Source of the DNA: Octopus vulgaris
Lineage: Eukaryota
Assembly: GCA_951406725.2 (NCBI GenBank)
Contig: OX597814.1
Location: forward strand, 149,668,001-149,732,000
Direction: 5' to 3'
DNA: 64,000 nucleotides
Shown: positions 49,626-63,666 of the stretch, piece by piece
Layout: the number at the start of each line of letters is the position of its first letter
Numbering within the stretch: the first letter of the stretch is position 1
Notes under the pieces: model-generated
What the model saw: the letters and a program-made list of their open reading frames with translations, nothing else
The model's database searches: none
What the model was told of the DNA's origin: nothing
Position numbers and translations under genes: made by a program

Positions 49626-50548
49626 TAGACGTTTTGTGTACAAATAGTTGTATGATTTATACAGTAATGTTTAGAGCTCCACGTAAAGTACCTAGTGTAG
49701 ATTAATTCCTGTACTTGTGTTAAGTAACTTCTATACTGAGAAATATTTATGAACTTCGGAGCAAATGTAGGAGAAATAAGAATGAATACAAGTAAATATT
49801 TTAGTTCCTACGCAAATTACACCATTATGGTCGCTTGGAGCCCTATCAGAGATTTTCCAAGTACATATAGATGCTCAACTACAACGGATCGTCAGGGAAC
49901 ACTTTATTATAGTAAGTTACCGATAAGCATGTCCAAACTTGGACAGATGACGGGAAATTCTATAATTTTGTGAGAGAAATACAAAGAAAGCAACTGGGTG
50001 AAAAGGAAGTATACAACGTACAAGGGAAAAGGGGAAGAGTGAGAGACAGAAATAAAGAAAGCAACTTATATATAATATATAATGTATCAGAGCGAGTCAT
50101 AGTTTTGTTACTGGACCAGTAGGATGCGGAATGGTGGTGATGTGTTTCCGCAAAGTGCACCTTCCCCTCTTTTTATGGTCTGAAATCATCTTGGTTCTCA
50201 AGCAACTTGAGAATAACGACAGAAGAGGAAAAGAATGAACAAGGAGAAAGTAAAGAGGAAATTAAAAAGGAAAAATAAAGGAATAGGGAGAGAAATAGAC
50301 AGAAAGAAAGAAAGAAAGAAAAGAATAATTCGCTCAACTAAAGCAGAAAAATTAAATTCTATGGAAAAAAAAAGAATAAAAATGTACTTATAGCCAACAC
50401 AGATTTTTTATATCTATGTTTATACTTGTCTTTCTCACCATGTCTCTCTTTTAATTTATGTATGTTTGTATGTATGTATGTATGTATGTTTGTATGTATG
50501 TATGTATGTATGTATGTATGTATGTATGTATGTATGTATGTATGTATG

Positions 50549-50607
<59 letters not shown>

Positions 50608-51452
50608 TTGTGTGCGTGTGTGTGCGCGCGTGTTCGTGAGTATATGTGTGCGTATTCTTCTTCAAAGTCCAATCCTTGACCTCATCGTGGTTGGAAGATT
50701 AAACGAGTGAGTGTCAGAGCTATGCCTTCGGGGACTTCGAATCCTTTGTAGGGCCACCCAAAGCAGAAAGGTTTGACACCAGCGGTGCTAGGGTCGCAAC
50801 CCACCTAAGTGGAGGGCAATGGGGAATTCCAGGCGGTGTTTCTTCCAGAGTCAGGCACCTCTATTCCGGAACCCGGCGGCTTCCTGGTGGCGTTGACTCG
50901 CCCTGCGGACATCTTGCGGGAGAACGCGCAACACGAGGACGACCTGCCACCGGTCGTGTATGTCTGCTTACAGAGGGGAACTGCTTTTTGCGGACTCTGA
51001 TCATTCCTTGAAACTCCTATGAACTCACAATAATATTACTACCCACCAAGAATAAAGAACCATAAAAGCTACAATCATTAATATATTTAGCTGATGTACA
51101 CGAAGTACATATCCTTTCACTGATCTTGGTTCTGATTTTAACTGGGGATTTCAGCCGAGTGAACAAGCAGAGAGGTAGTGAATATTTTAAAATTTCGTCG
51201 GTAATGGTAGATTCCACTGAAGATGACCAATCGGATTCGCGCTCACGCACGTGATCCGAAAAGTTTAAAACTGCAATATTGAATTATCTTTCATTCCTCT
51301 AACGGTCTCCGTTGAGGTGAGACGGAATTTTCCTATATTCACCGCCCACCAACATCTCTGCCTGTAAGCATTCAGGGAAGCTCCACAAAGCGCCGATAGC
51401 TTACGATCTAGCAACGATCGTAATTCATGTACATCAGCTTTCTATGTATACA

Positions 51453-51491
<39 letters not shown>

Positions 51492-53097
51492 ACACACACT
51501 TCCACAGAGAACAAATAGGAAAGTTTTCCCATTGAAGGTCCGATACAAGATATTACCAGAACTTAGGTTCTTCGACGAACCTTGTAGATACAATCCTACC
51601 AAATGGCTCGCGATCTCGGGCTTTCTCATGCAATATAGAATAATATCCCAACAATAAAGAGTTTAAAAACTTCAACCAAAGCCATTTGATAACGAGTTGA
51701 AATGTTTACAAGGATCATAGTAGAACCCTCGATTTTGCTTTGCACAGTAAAGCCAAAACGAATAAGATAACGCATAAAATGTCAAAACATCAAAATAACA
51801 TCCACCTGTGGAACATTCTATCTTCTTTTCTCAGATATTCTGAAATTCTAAACTCTTACCACTGCACTCGTCTGGTCCACAAACCATGCACCTTACGCAT
51901 ACCACACATATTTCTCTATAGCAAAGGTCCATAACTCATTTTGGCCAAAGGCCCCCTTTTGACCCTCTACAAAATATTTTTATTTTTCAATATACTATAT
52001 TTCTATTTTTCACTATACCCCTTATTTTGATATAAGCAGATAAAAATTGAAAAAGAAAGGACTTATTTTAATATATGCGCTTGTACGCAGTCAGGAGTAC
52101 AGATGTACATATTGAAATGCAAAAAAAAAAAAGAACGAAATAATTAATTGAAAATTTGTTAACTGCATTTATTTACCACGCGCGACACTTATGAAATCAA
52201 CATGTTGTCTATCGAAAGAGTGCTCTTTGGCACAAGTAAATGCCGATGAAATTATTTCAAATCTCTCCGAAATTATTTCAAATCTCTCAAAACAGCTAGA
52301 ACTTGTGCAACAATCTGACATATATAAGTTATTGTCACCCGGAAAGAGAGTGCATTTGGTAGAAATTGTAGAAATACATATGTACTTCGTATGAGTAACA
52401 AATTGTGGAGGATGGTATTCACTGTACTTTGATCTAGTTAGGTTGAGTCACAAAATCAGCCCACTTATAAAATGACGTAAAAAATCTGAAAATTTGTCAT
52501 ATTCATTTCTTATTCAGGATCTAGTTTGTATCCTTCACAAAATCTGCATTTTTTTAAAAGGTAATAAAACGTCTGAAAACTGGTTATCTTGATGCATTTT
52601 TCCGCGCGTATTCCTATGAAGTCAAGAATTCTGGAGAAAAAATTTGACACATTCCTTTCTCTTTATAATTTCCAAATAATTTTTTAAATACTTCAAAATC
52701 AAAATTGCGTAAATATGTGTGCCAGAAACAGCAGTTAAAATTTAAGGAAATAGATTTTGGGGAGATCTCTTATTATGACTGACTTTTATTCCATTATTCT
52801 AATATCTTCTGAAACATCCATATGTATGTATAAATGCATACAGAAACATACAAATATATATACACACACATACATTTTTACAGAGTTAGTTTTATATACA
52901 TACTTGTATTATAAATACTTCGGCATATAGACACAAGTGTGCCCCAAAGATTTGCTTCTTCATAACCTTGAGAAAATTAAATATTTCTTTTCTAAAAATA
53001 TGCTTCAGATCATGTAGATTCCGATAAAACTGGAATTCCTTTTGAAAACCGTTTGTAACTAAAGGAGTTTTAGAAAATTCACACCATTAGGTTTTGT

Positions 53098-53137
<40 letters not shown>

Positions 53138-53676
53138 TGTGTATATATGCGTGGGTATGTACGTATAGTTTTAATTATATCTTTATACACGCACATACAC
53201 ACATAAAAAACTGGCACACTGTTGATTACGACAATCACAAGTATCCAAAACTTCTTCACCACCCTTCCAGTTTCCTTTTTCCTCCTAAAAAGAAGGCTTT
53301 CGTCGACTTGGACAATATGTCGTACAACTGCACGGCTGTCTGTCGGCTAATATTGACATGCAGCATGTCATGGTCATTTCACATATAAAGTCCAGTGTTT
53401 TGTGAAGAAGTGTGAAACCCGTCAATTGAATTTCTTCCATAAACGTATTAAAAATTATTTTGTATTTTATAAACAGAAACAAATGGCAGATTCGAACTGT
53501 CCGTACTTTAAAACTACGAATTTTAAAAAAATTGGTGGGGGAGGATTTTTTTTTTTTTTTTGCATAATCATATCAATTCCATAATGCAGAAGACAATCGA
53601 AGACATTTTGTAAAAATTCGTTAAAATACAAAAGTTATGAGGGGTTTTAGCATGTGCTTATATCATAACTCTGGCC

Positions 53677-53952
<276 letters not shown>

Positions 53953-54869
53953 GTCATCCCTTATTTTTCAAAGAATCATCAGAGAATTTTTTCGGGGTTC
54001 ACTTTGAATGATGATGTCTACGTATATGTAAAATTCACTATCCCCTCTTCACACAATAGATATCTGAAACAAGGACATCCATTTACTGCCACTGCCCTGT
54101 CACTACTACTCATCACACATCCTCATAATATGTGACACCCTACATAGTCCCCGCCTCTTGTTACTCCAAGCTATGTCTACTCTACCAACCCCGAGAAGCA
54201 AATATGCTTCTCCTTGAAATAACAGATACGATTCTGAACAGAAACACGTAATTTCAAATCACAAGAGGTTCGTTTGAAGTTTCGTATTATCAGTACTAGC
54301 AAACACTTTCGCCTAAAGCGCTACTACAGACTTAACAACCTTTACCTATCATAGCAGCTTTTTCTAAGTCATCACCTGAAATATAAAAAATGATTTCGTT
54401 CATCTTATTGCCTGCAAAATCCCCTCAGTTTCTATGCGATGGTGCATCATTCTAATCCATTTATTATCTCTACCATGTTTGCTAAATCATCTTACCGTCT
54501 ACTATAGCTCTATAAGCAGTATTTCTCCTGAGAACCCCTCTAAATATGCTACTCCTCCACTGGGTAAGACTTCAGCGAAATTTTATCGTTCCCTTCAACA
54601 AGTCACCCAGTCACGAACATATATACTTCATGCGAAAGAAATTCTGGATATATAAATAAAAGTACTACCCGTCCGGACGGTTCTATTCCTTTATCTACAT
54701 ACAACGCACCACTGAATCAAACTCTTACATCTCACTCCATACCCTTCCTTTTTCCCTCATTCTCTTTTCCTCTCCCCTACTCCAGGGATCTGTCGTGATA
54801 TTTAGAAACATTTTAGTCTACGTTCTATAAACATAGAACAAGAAAGAATATAACTTTGACTCAACAACT

Positions 54870-54940
54870 ATAGATGTCGATAGCTATCGACCGATCTATC
54901 TCACTTCCAAGCTCTCAAAGTTGATGAAGACAGTTAACAG
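54870..54940 (+). mobile_element. tiny LINE RT remnant (CR1/L2/Jockey group)
   Basis: DSYRPIYLTSKLSKLMKT resembles NYRPISLTS..SKLME. Confidence 0.5.
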
Positions 54941-55480
54941 CTACTGTTTCACATCCTGCTGTTTTTCATTGACCAGCCTGCATTTAATAGGGCCTCCAGA
55001 ATTATCAACATTGTGATGTTTAAATCTTATACATGGTGTACGTGGATGATATATTTGCCGCCAATAAGTATGTAACATTGATAACCTTTTTCCTGTAGAG
55101 TTGCTTCCATAGTATAATTCGAATTTATTCTGGTTCTGGAGCGCCTTTGCAAAACAATGTATAGTTTGTGCACTATCTGCATAAGAGTAGCCGATTTGAT
55201 TTCTTTTTGGGGGTGACACACACGAATACGTGACACTGAAAAACGGCAACAACCACGAAATACGCATCTGTCGCTCTCGTGGTCACTACTGAGCTCTGAA
55301 GGCATTCTGGGAGTTTGGGTGGGGTTTTTTTAAGACTACGTCTCTAAACGAATTTTTCCCCGATATAAACTGCAGCCACTGTCTTTTGAACAAAACACAT
55401 GCGATAAGTATGTTTTATTGACAAAGTTTTATACTGCAGAGCTACTTGCTGCATTTGAGTAATTTGTGTTTGGGGTATAT

Positions 55481-55575
<95 letters not shown>

Positions 55576-55631
55576 TACGTTTAAATATTTGTTGTGCAAG
55601 ATTTTTTATGTGAAGTCGTGTGTTGAAACAG

Positions 55632-56717
55632 ATATTGTTATATTTCGGAATGGTCATATTGCCAGTTTAGCCAATAAAAACACACGCACTATATATTTGG
55701 TGTTATTTTGCTTCAGTGATATTTATTTTTTACATTAATCTTAATCTTATTTCGGCCAAAGTTCTTTCGTCACACTCCTGTGACCGCATCAGTGGTCCTT
55801 TGTTTTCTTCTCACTTACTTGTGTCTCTCCTTACTAATCGTCAGCCATTTTGTATTTCTATTGTATGTCTTCATTTGCGCATGCTTATATCTCTATGTGC
55901 GTCTATGTTTATTTAGTGTGTGGGGGGATGCCTGTAATATTTGTATCTTCTGGTTATATACATTCTTGTAATTTGTATTTTGTTTTTGTTGTTGTTGCTT
56001 TTGTTCTAATTTTATTCATGTGTTTACATCCACCCATTATTATCATTACATATGCTTGTATGTATGTATAACAACAATATTAGTAATAATAATAATAAAT
56101 CTAATCGAGAAAAAAAAAAAAAAAAAAAAAGAATATACATATACATATATATATATATACATACATATGCATATACATATATATACTTTTTTTTTTTTTT
56201 TTTTTTTTCTCGATTTTTTTCTTTTTTTTTTTTTTCTCGATTAGATTTATTATTATTATTACTAATATTGTTGTTATACATACATACAAGCATATGTAAT
56301 GATAATAATGGGTGGATGTAAACACATGAATAAAATTAGAACAAAAGCAACAACAACAAAAACAAAATACAAATTACAAGAATGTATATAACCAGAAGAT
56401 ACAAATATTACAGGCATCCCCCCCCCCACACACTAAATAAACATAGACGCACATAGAGATATAAGCATGCGCAAATGAAGACATACAATAGAAATACAAA
56501 ATGGCTGACGATTAGTAAGGAGAGACACAAGTAAGTGAGAAGAAAACAAAGGACCACTGATGCGGTCACAGGAGTGTGACGAAAGAACTTTGGCCGAAAT
56601 AAGATTAAGATTAATGTAAAAAATAAATATCACTGAAGCAAAATAACACCAAATATATAGTGCGTGTGTTTTTATTGGCTAAACTGGCAATATGACCATT
56701 CCGAAATATAACAATAT
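55632..56717. repeat. ~500-bp-arm near-perfect inverted repeat (palindrome), probably Penelope-like terminal repeats in inverted orientation
   Basis: 55632-~56130 is the reverse complement of ~56222-56717. The visible differences are homopolymer lengths (G6 vs C10; A/T run). Identical ORFs 55716+ and 56633- in the track. Confidence 0.93.
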
Positions 56718-58888
56718 ATATATAAGGTTTCCACATAATTTCCTTCCTTCAAATTCTACTCACTATACGTTTGCAAACATATTGATGTGGAAAAATATAT
56801 TAAGTAAAAAGAAAAATACTAATTTAAAGGCAAATCATTCTTATAGTTAGTTTGAAATGAAGAGTTATAATTAAACTAATTAATGAAATTTAATATACCC
56901 GTTTTACTAATGAAATTAAATATCCACGTATTACAGAGGAAGAAGATTATTGCGTAAATATTCCTCTGCATATCCAATTTTATATATTCCCAGATAATTA
57001 AAAGTTTACATTCAGTGTATACTAACATGCTATATTTTAAAAATTTATCTTAAGGTGTCGAAAAACTTTTTCTTTGAAATGGCTCCTAAAAAGTATGTCA
57101 TATCTTTTGTATTTGAAACAGTACATTTTTTGTTTTGTTTTCCTCTTTTTCCCAATACAACCCTTATGACAACTCCTATCGCTGTTTCTTCGAAATGAAA
57201 ACATTTCGCATTTTATTGCGTTGTATTCATGCCAGTAAACCAAATGAAACAATACAATCTCTATACTAAAACGACAGTATGCTTATCGAATATTTTATGA
57301 CATGTCTGAATCTTAATTATGCTGAGGTAAAAACATTGTCAGAGAAAAGATATTTTGAGATGGCATTTAATTAATAATTAAGGATTCTGTTATTTCCAAG
57401 CATTGGGGGAATTGAATTGTTATAGCAACCTGTCAAAACTCGCTTAAATTGATGAAGTATATGCATTTTTTATTCCTAATTTGCAACCAACTTATTACCA
57501 CACATATTTGTATAGGTGTACATACATATCATCAAATATGTGAGCATGTGAATATCTGTGTGTATGTATGGAGGTTTTCGTGTGGAGCAACGAAATCTGC
57601 GACACCGTTTCCATTCCCGTTGCTCTAGTTTCCTTCAGCTCACGCATGTTCCATAGTGAACTCAATTTGATAGTCTGGATAGCAATGGACTGACCCAAGT
57701 TAACTTCCTCACTAAATAGATAGATAGGAATTCTTTTTTATTTCAATTTTTTTTCATAATATAACAGCCTAACAATGTTCATGCCACAATATCAGGTTAT
57801 ATACGTGTGTCTGTTAGTTTATTTTTACATATTTGACTATTCCGATCTATACAGACCTTGTTTCTTAATAAAGAAACGTAGATACACCGCTTGTATTTGG
57901 ATAATGACAAAAATAAAGGTTTATGTACTGAACTACTGAAGTCTTGGATTTTTCACTGCTCGCATACAAATTGTTTGCTAGTAAATTTCTTTGCTTGAAA
58001 ACCTTAGCTTTTTCTCCTTTGATATTTACCAGCATGGCAAAGTGCAATAATAATTCTACGTGTATGACTTCAAAATCTAAAAAGGAGAGCTCTAAGTTTC
58101 GAAGTAGTAGTCGGTAAATATTCACTTCTTACTGATTTTGAAAAGTTGTTCACATTTATAAGGTAACTGCATGCAGTTATACCAGATTTGTTATCTTTGC
58201 ACTTAGCAGATATTTCGACAGGAGTATTACACCAACAAACTTTGTTGATATCGCATGCATGTATTAAACAAGAGAATATTTTCTAGTCACACAGAAACTT
58301 ATGTGGCATCGAGCGTGCCCAGATATGCAGCTAGCTAAATAACGTCAGCCGGTACCTACAAAAGAGAAAACATCCTTGATGACATGCAAATTAGCATACA
58401 TTTAAAAGAACACAACGATACACGAGTGTTGTTGAATGGGATAAGGAAGAAGAAATATTTCATTTAAGGGAAATGTAGAAAAATTTCGGAGGCAAATATA
58501 ATGCATTGTTCCTTGTATCTCCTGGACTGCAAACAAAGTTATTTGATAGAATAACCAGATGTACTAGAAAGGTTGAGTCGTAAGAGAACTGACCATGTGA
58601 TCCTTCTTTCTAGCTTTGACACCTGCTCCCTTGACACCTAATGTAGTTTTCTCCATCTATCTCTTGTTCTGCAGTTTTTTTTTTCCAGAAAGGAAGCAAC
58701 TACATCTCCCACTCTCCGAAATGGTACTTGCCACTAAATGCTGGAAACTACTTCTCAGATTCGCATGCAACTAAGAGAATTATATATGTATGTGTGTGCC
58801 TGTGCGTGAGAAAGTGTTATGCTTGTACGTACATAGATACAAATATACAACTTAGGCGACATATATCTACCTATGTATATATATGTGT

Positions 58889-58933
<45 letters not shown>

Positions 58934-58934
58934 C

Positions 58935-59010
<76 letters not shown>

Positions 59011-59387
59011 ATGTATGTTGTATGTAGGTATATATTTATAGTTATAATCTTATCAAGGATAGCACATTTAAGATATCTAAAAAGTTCAATATACTTATTT
59101 GAAATTGCACCAATATTCTGACGTATCTAAATATTCCAATACATGAGACAAAGAAATGAAATATTGCGTGAATTTAAAGGTAAATGGGAAAGGAATATAC
59201 TAGAACTGTGAAACCGAAACATGGGTGAATGTCTTTGGTTGGAGAATGAATATAAAATATTTAGAGCGAGGCAAAGTCGTGGATCGCATTCTTATCCTAA
59301 CTATATAAAATATAACATTATGTGATATAGTTTGTAACTCCTACAGAATATAGTGAGTGAAATGTTCTTTCGTTTGTCCACACACAC

Positions 59388-59432
<45 letters not shown>

Positions 59433-60069
59433 CAAACAAATACATATGTAGATATGAATGTGCTTATATATGTGTATACGCATACATAGACGTTCACACA
59501 CACACACATATATATGTGTGTATATATAATGAGAAAAGGAGAGAGAGAATGAGAGGAAAGGAAACGGTGTGTGTGCGTGTGTGCGTGTGTATGCGTGCAT
59601 GTGTGTATGTATGTATGCGTGTGCTCAAATGCTATAAAAGATGTAGTTTGCATAAAAGTGTTCCACGCCGCTGACTTGCTCTAAACAGTTTGTATTCAGG
59701 CTTCAACCATAGAGATTCTCTTGTTATTTGATTTCACAGAAGCAGCTTATATACCTTTGAAATCACACATGAAATTGTTTCTCTGCCTCATGCATTGGTG
59801 CTTTTATTTCTCTTTAAGAAATATGCATATTCGTCATGATAACGGTGAGTCCAGTACAAGTACAAGGAAGTGTAATGAATTATTTAGATATCCTAGCTGG
59901 GTTATTGTAAATAGAATTTTAGCAATAGCATTTCGTCTTTGGAGATGAAATATTATTTTAATATCTATATACACCTTCACTTTCGGTAAGTTTAATCTCC
60001 GACCACCATCAAGTGCATTGGTATGATTTGTATAAACAGATCATAGATTTTCGGACAAGGTTATTGCAT

Positions 60070-60226
60070 CGGCCCCAGTGTTTAACTAGTATATATTTTA
60101 TGGATCCCGAAAGAATGAAAGGAAAAGTTGACCACAGTGAGATTTGAACTCAGAACGTAAAGATGGAGGAAATACCGCTAAGTATCTTGTCCGGCGTGCC
60201 AACGATTCTTCTAACCCGTCGCCTTC
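60070..60226 (-). mobile_element. SINE (family of 5056-5267)
   Basis: CCCGAAAGAATGAAAGG, ATTTGAACTCAGAACGTA and AACGATTCT on the reverse strand. Confidence 0.75.
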
Positions 60227-60366
60227 AGTGTGTACTTAATACGCCTGTGAGTATTCGAACTAACTTCACGTCAGCGAATACGATCAGCTTAATTGCAAAT
60301 TACTTGAGGCTGTTAATAGTTATAAATGTTTCTCGAGAGATTAGAGTAAAAAAACTATATGAATAA

Positions 60367-60726
60367 TAACAAGAGCACTCAGAGAGCGCAAACCTCCTCT
60401 AAAACAACACCAACGTCCTCTTAACGATTAGCCAGAGATGATTTTCAAAATGAGAATATCTTAAATAAACTCGACTGCTCTCACAAACGCTAAAAGATAA
60501 ACCCGACTGCTCCCAAAAATTAAGTAAAAAATGTCTGGAAAAATAATCCAGAATCCTTTTCCAGTACCGGACTGATCCCAAAATTTAATCAGTTCGTGCT
60601 AGTCATGAGGCCAAACATCCCTGAAAGTTTCATCTGAACACATGTAGCGGTTCTTGTGATATCTAGTCCGCGGACAAACAAACACGACTGAAAACGATAC
60701 CTCCGCTTTCGCTAAGGCAGAGGTAA
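60367..60726 (+). mobile_element. non-autonomous Helentron/HINE-like element
   Basis: Starts AACAAGAGCACTCAGAGAGCGC; internal GATCCCAAAATTTAATCAGTTC..GAAAGTTTCAT; short (CAAA)n; 3' palindrome TACCTCCGCTT-TCGCT-AAGGCAGAGGTA. Family call by resemblance. Confidence 0.5.
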
Positions 60727-61143
60727 GAATCGTACAAAGTAGAAATAAGCTTGTCAGTAATTTGGCTGCAGCCATGCTGGAGCACCTCCTTGAAGGGTTT
60801 AGTTGGATTTCTGTTGTATCTTTTCGCCTATACTGTGTGTGCGTGTGTATGTGTGTGTGTGTGTGTTTGTGTGTTTGTGTGTGTGGGGGGGGGGTAGCTC
60901 AAATTTACAGCACAAGAAGAAGCAGCTGTATTAGTCTAACGGTGGGGAGAATGGAAAAGTATTTTTCGTTTCGAGCCTATGCTCTTCGACAGAAAGGATT
61001 AAGAGGGGAAAAAGCGGGAAAAGAACGAAAAATACAAAAAAGCAGAAAGAAATATATATGTAGGGAATAACGATTCAACATGATGACTGAAAAGAAGTAC
61101 AAGAATAAATAAATATATATATATGTATATATATATATACATA

Positions 61144-61214
<71 letters not shown>

Positions 61215-61219
61215 TTTTG

Positions 61220-61490
61220 CATGTTTGCCAGTCATTTGGCTGCGGCCATGCTGGAGTAGCACCTTATGGACTGATTTTTTAAAGTCTTTGTACTTATTCT
61301 ATCGTTTTCTTTTGCCGAACTGCTAAGTTACAGGGACGTAAACATACCAACACTTGTTTCCAAGCGGTGATGGGGGATAAACACAAAGACACACACACGC
61401 ACAAAGATATATGCGTATATATATATATATGTTTGTGTGTGTGTGCGTAAGAAGGCTTCTCTCAGTTTTCGTCTAGTAAATTTAACTTCA
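61220..61490 (-). mobile_element. SINE 3' part (family of 30925-31292)
   Basis: GTCATTTGGCTGCGGCCATGCTGGAG and GCCGAACTGCTAAGTTACAGGGACGTAAAC blocks shared with 30940-31075. Confidence 0.7.
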
Positions 61491-61503
61491 AGCATCGTTC
61501 AAC

Positions 61504-61567
<64 letters not shown>

Positions 61568-62933
61568 CGTGTGTGGAATCGCGTAAGACGAAAGTGGCTA
61601 TGGTCTTATATTTAACATCGTAAGATTGTGTTTTACTTCCTGGGATAAATCTAAGCTTGTCTCTAACAACAGCCGCGTCACAATATTCAACATTCCATTC
61701 AGTTGTTTAAATAATGTTTATCCATTTTGCAAAGACAGTAATGAAGTAAAATATTATCAAACAAGAATCGAATCACGGTCTCAAATTTGATAGCTGACGT
61801 CGGTAATAAAGCACCAGTTGCTCTTTTGAAAATTGTCTGTAGGCCTTGTGATGATAAGATTCGTTAACATTGAGAATGGAGAATATGTGAACAAATTCAT
61901 TAGAGTTTTGTCCAATTTTGTTAGTTTAATATTAGTGAGAATCGAAGATGCTTAAAAGACAGTTTAGAGAAAATGTGATAGGTTATTAGTCGTCAGTGAA
62001 AGATTTCTCTTGAAAAAATACTGTAGTTAATTAGACAGCGTTACAAATTAGCAACTCATCAAATCCACGCAATCTTATTAAGCATGCTTAACGGACATTA
62101 TAATGACTTAATCAATTTGGAAATCAAGAATTCTATGGAATGTTATCTATGAAACTATCAATCGAAAAGTATTTTTATTCTCGCAATAATTAGTAATTTA
62201 TCTTCAGTAGCAGACAATTTGCGAAACTGCTTAACATCCTAAAGTTAGAGAAATTGCGAAGCAGCTTACCATCCTATCTAAATATGTATGTATATGTGTG
62301 TATATTCTTTATATTCTATATATACCTCATGAAAGAATTTTCCTTGATTGGATTTACTAGATTTCAACTGCTTAGGACTCAACATTCTACTCCTATGTTT
62401 ACCATGTGGTTTGTAGTCTGGTCCACTAAAGGAACATTTCTGTGATTTCCCCCGGTTTATATAAATCCATATATTATACATTAAATATATATACACATGA
62501 ACAATATCAGTGTCACATACTCAAAGGATATATGTTGTTAAACGTTTTTTGGCCGCGATAGTTCGTCCCAGGAAGTGTGTTAAGAACCACGGTAGTCCCA
62601 GGAAGTGAACGGGAACAACAGATATTGATATTTCACTGTCATTTCTACTCATCGGAGCCATTATACTCGATTCACCACGAAATGAAATGCTGGTCGAATT
62701 TGAATCGCCGGCTTAAAGTGTATACAGAGAGCATAAAATATATGTGATGATGAGCAACAGCGCTGCACAGATAAAACAAAATTCAAATTTTGTGTTGGAA
62801 GTTTCTCTATAATGTAGACATTTTCAATGTAACATTGTTAATGTAATGAGTTGCTAAATGCACTTTTGACTGCGGTATTTCACCCATTGAAGATCCTCTT
62901 AACGATATATATGTATGTATATATATGTATATA

Positions 62934-63000
<67 letters not shown>

Positions 63001-63191
63001 GCAGGCATAGCTGTGTGGTAAGAAGCATGCTTTCCAAGCACATGGTTCCAGGTTCAGCTTGAGAAAGTGTCTTCTACTATAATCTCGGACCAATCAATGC
63101 CTTGTGAGCGGATTTGATAGACGGAAACTGAAAAAACCCCGTCGTATGTAAATATGTGTGTGTGTGTGTGTGTGTGTGAGTGTGTGTGTGT

Positions 63192-63234
<43 letters not shown>

Positions 63235-63295
63235 TGTATGTGCGTATCTGTTTGTGTGTCTGTGTTTATACCCCACCACCATCGCTTGACAGCTG
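63001..63295 (+). mobile_element. SINE (family of 30925-31292) with internal (TG)n
   Basis: GCAGGCATAGCTGTGTGGTAAGAAG head; AAGTGTCTTCTACTATA; GATTTGATAGACGGAAACTGAAA. Confidence 0.75.
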
Positions 63296-63472
63296 AGCAA
63301 TCTCCAGTATAAACAGCCGAAATTGCAAAGATAATCTGGAACTCAACTAAGGACAGAAAATTCCGAATGACCCGTCCTTGTTTTCTTTGTATCTTCTGTC
63401 TGGATGTTTTGTTATCCCTTTTTTGTATCACCTAACTGTCTGGATGTTTTGCGTTCTTGTCCTATGTATATG

Positions 63473-63532
<60 letters not shown>

Positions 63533-63615
63533 GGTCCCGGGTTGATTCGGGGTTAACCACAGTAAATAAGGTACTCAATACATAGCAGAGTAAAATTAAT
63601 TTATTATATAGAAGG

Positions 63616-63666
63616 AGCTTCTACAGGACTAGAACTGTTTCATTCAAGAGAAATCTTCAGGAAGCT
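63616..63666 (-). ncRNA. type I hammerhead ribozyme motif
   Basis: Minus strand: AGCUUC-CUGAAGA-U[UUC-UCUU-GAA]U-GAA-ACAG-UUCUAGUC-CUGU-A-GAAGCU. It has a 6-bp stem I, a complete core, a 4-bp stem III and a GUA cleavage triplet. Stem II is weak, with a U-U first pair. Confidence 0.7.

Noticed and set aside
50655-50712. Second HDV-like ribozyme (ACC-TCATCGT-GGT core)
   Set aside because: P3/L3 look right, but P1 has a mismatch, P2 is weak and no catalytic C is positioned; at most a decayed retroelement 5' end.
62562-62610. Duplicated GTCCCAGGAAGTG (ETS-like sites)
   Set aside because: Only a 13-bp pair with no supporting promoter or gene evidence.
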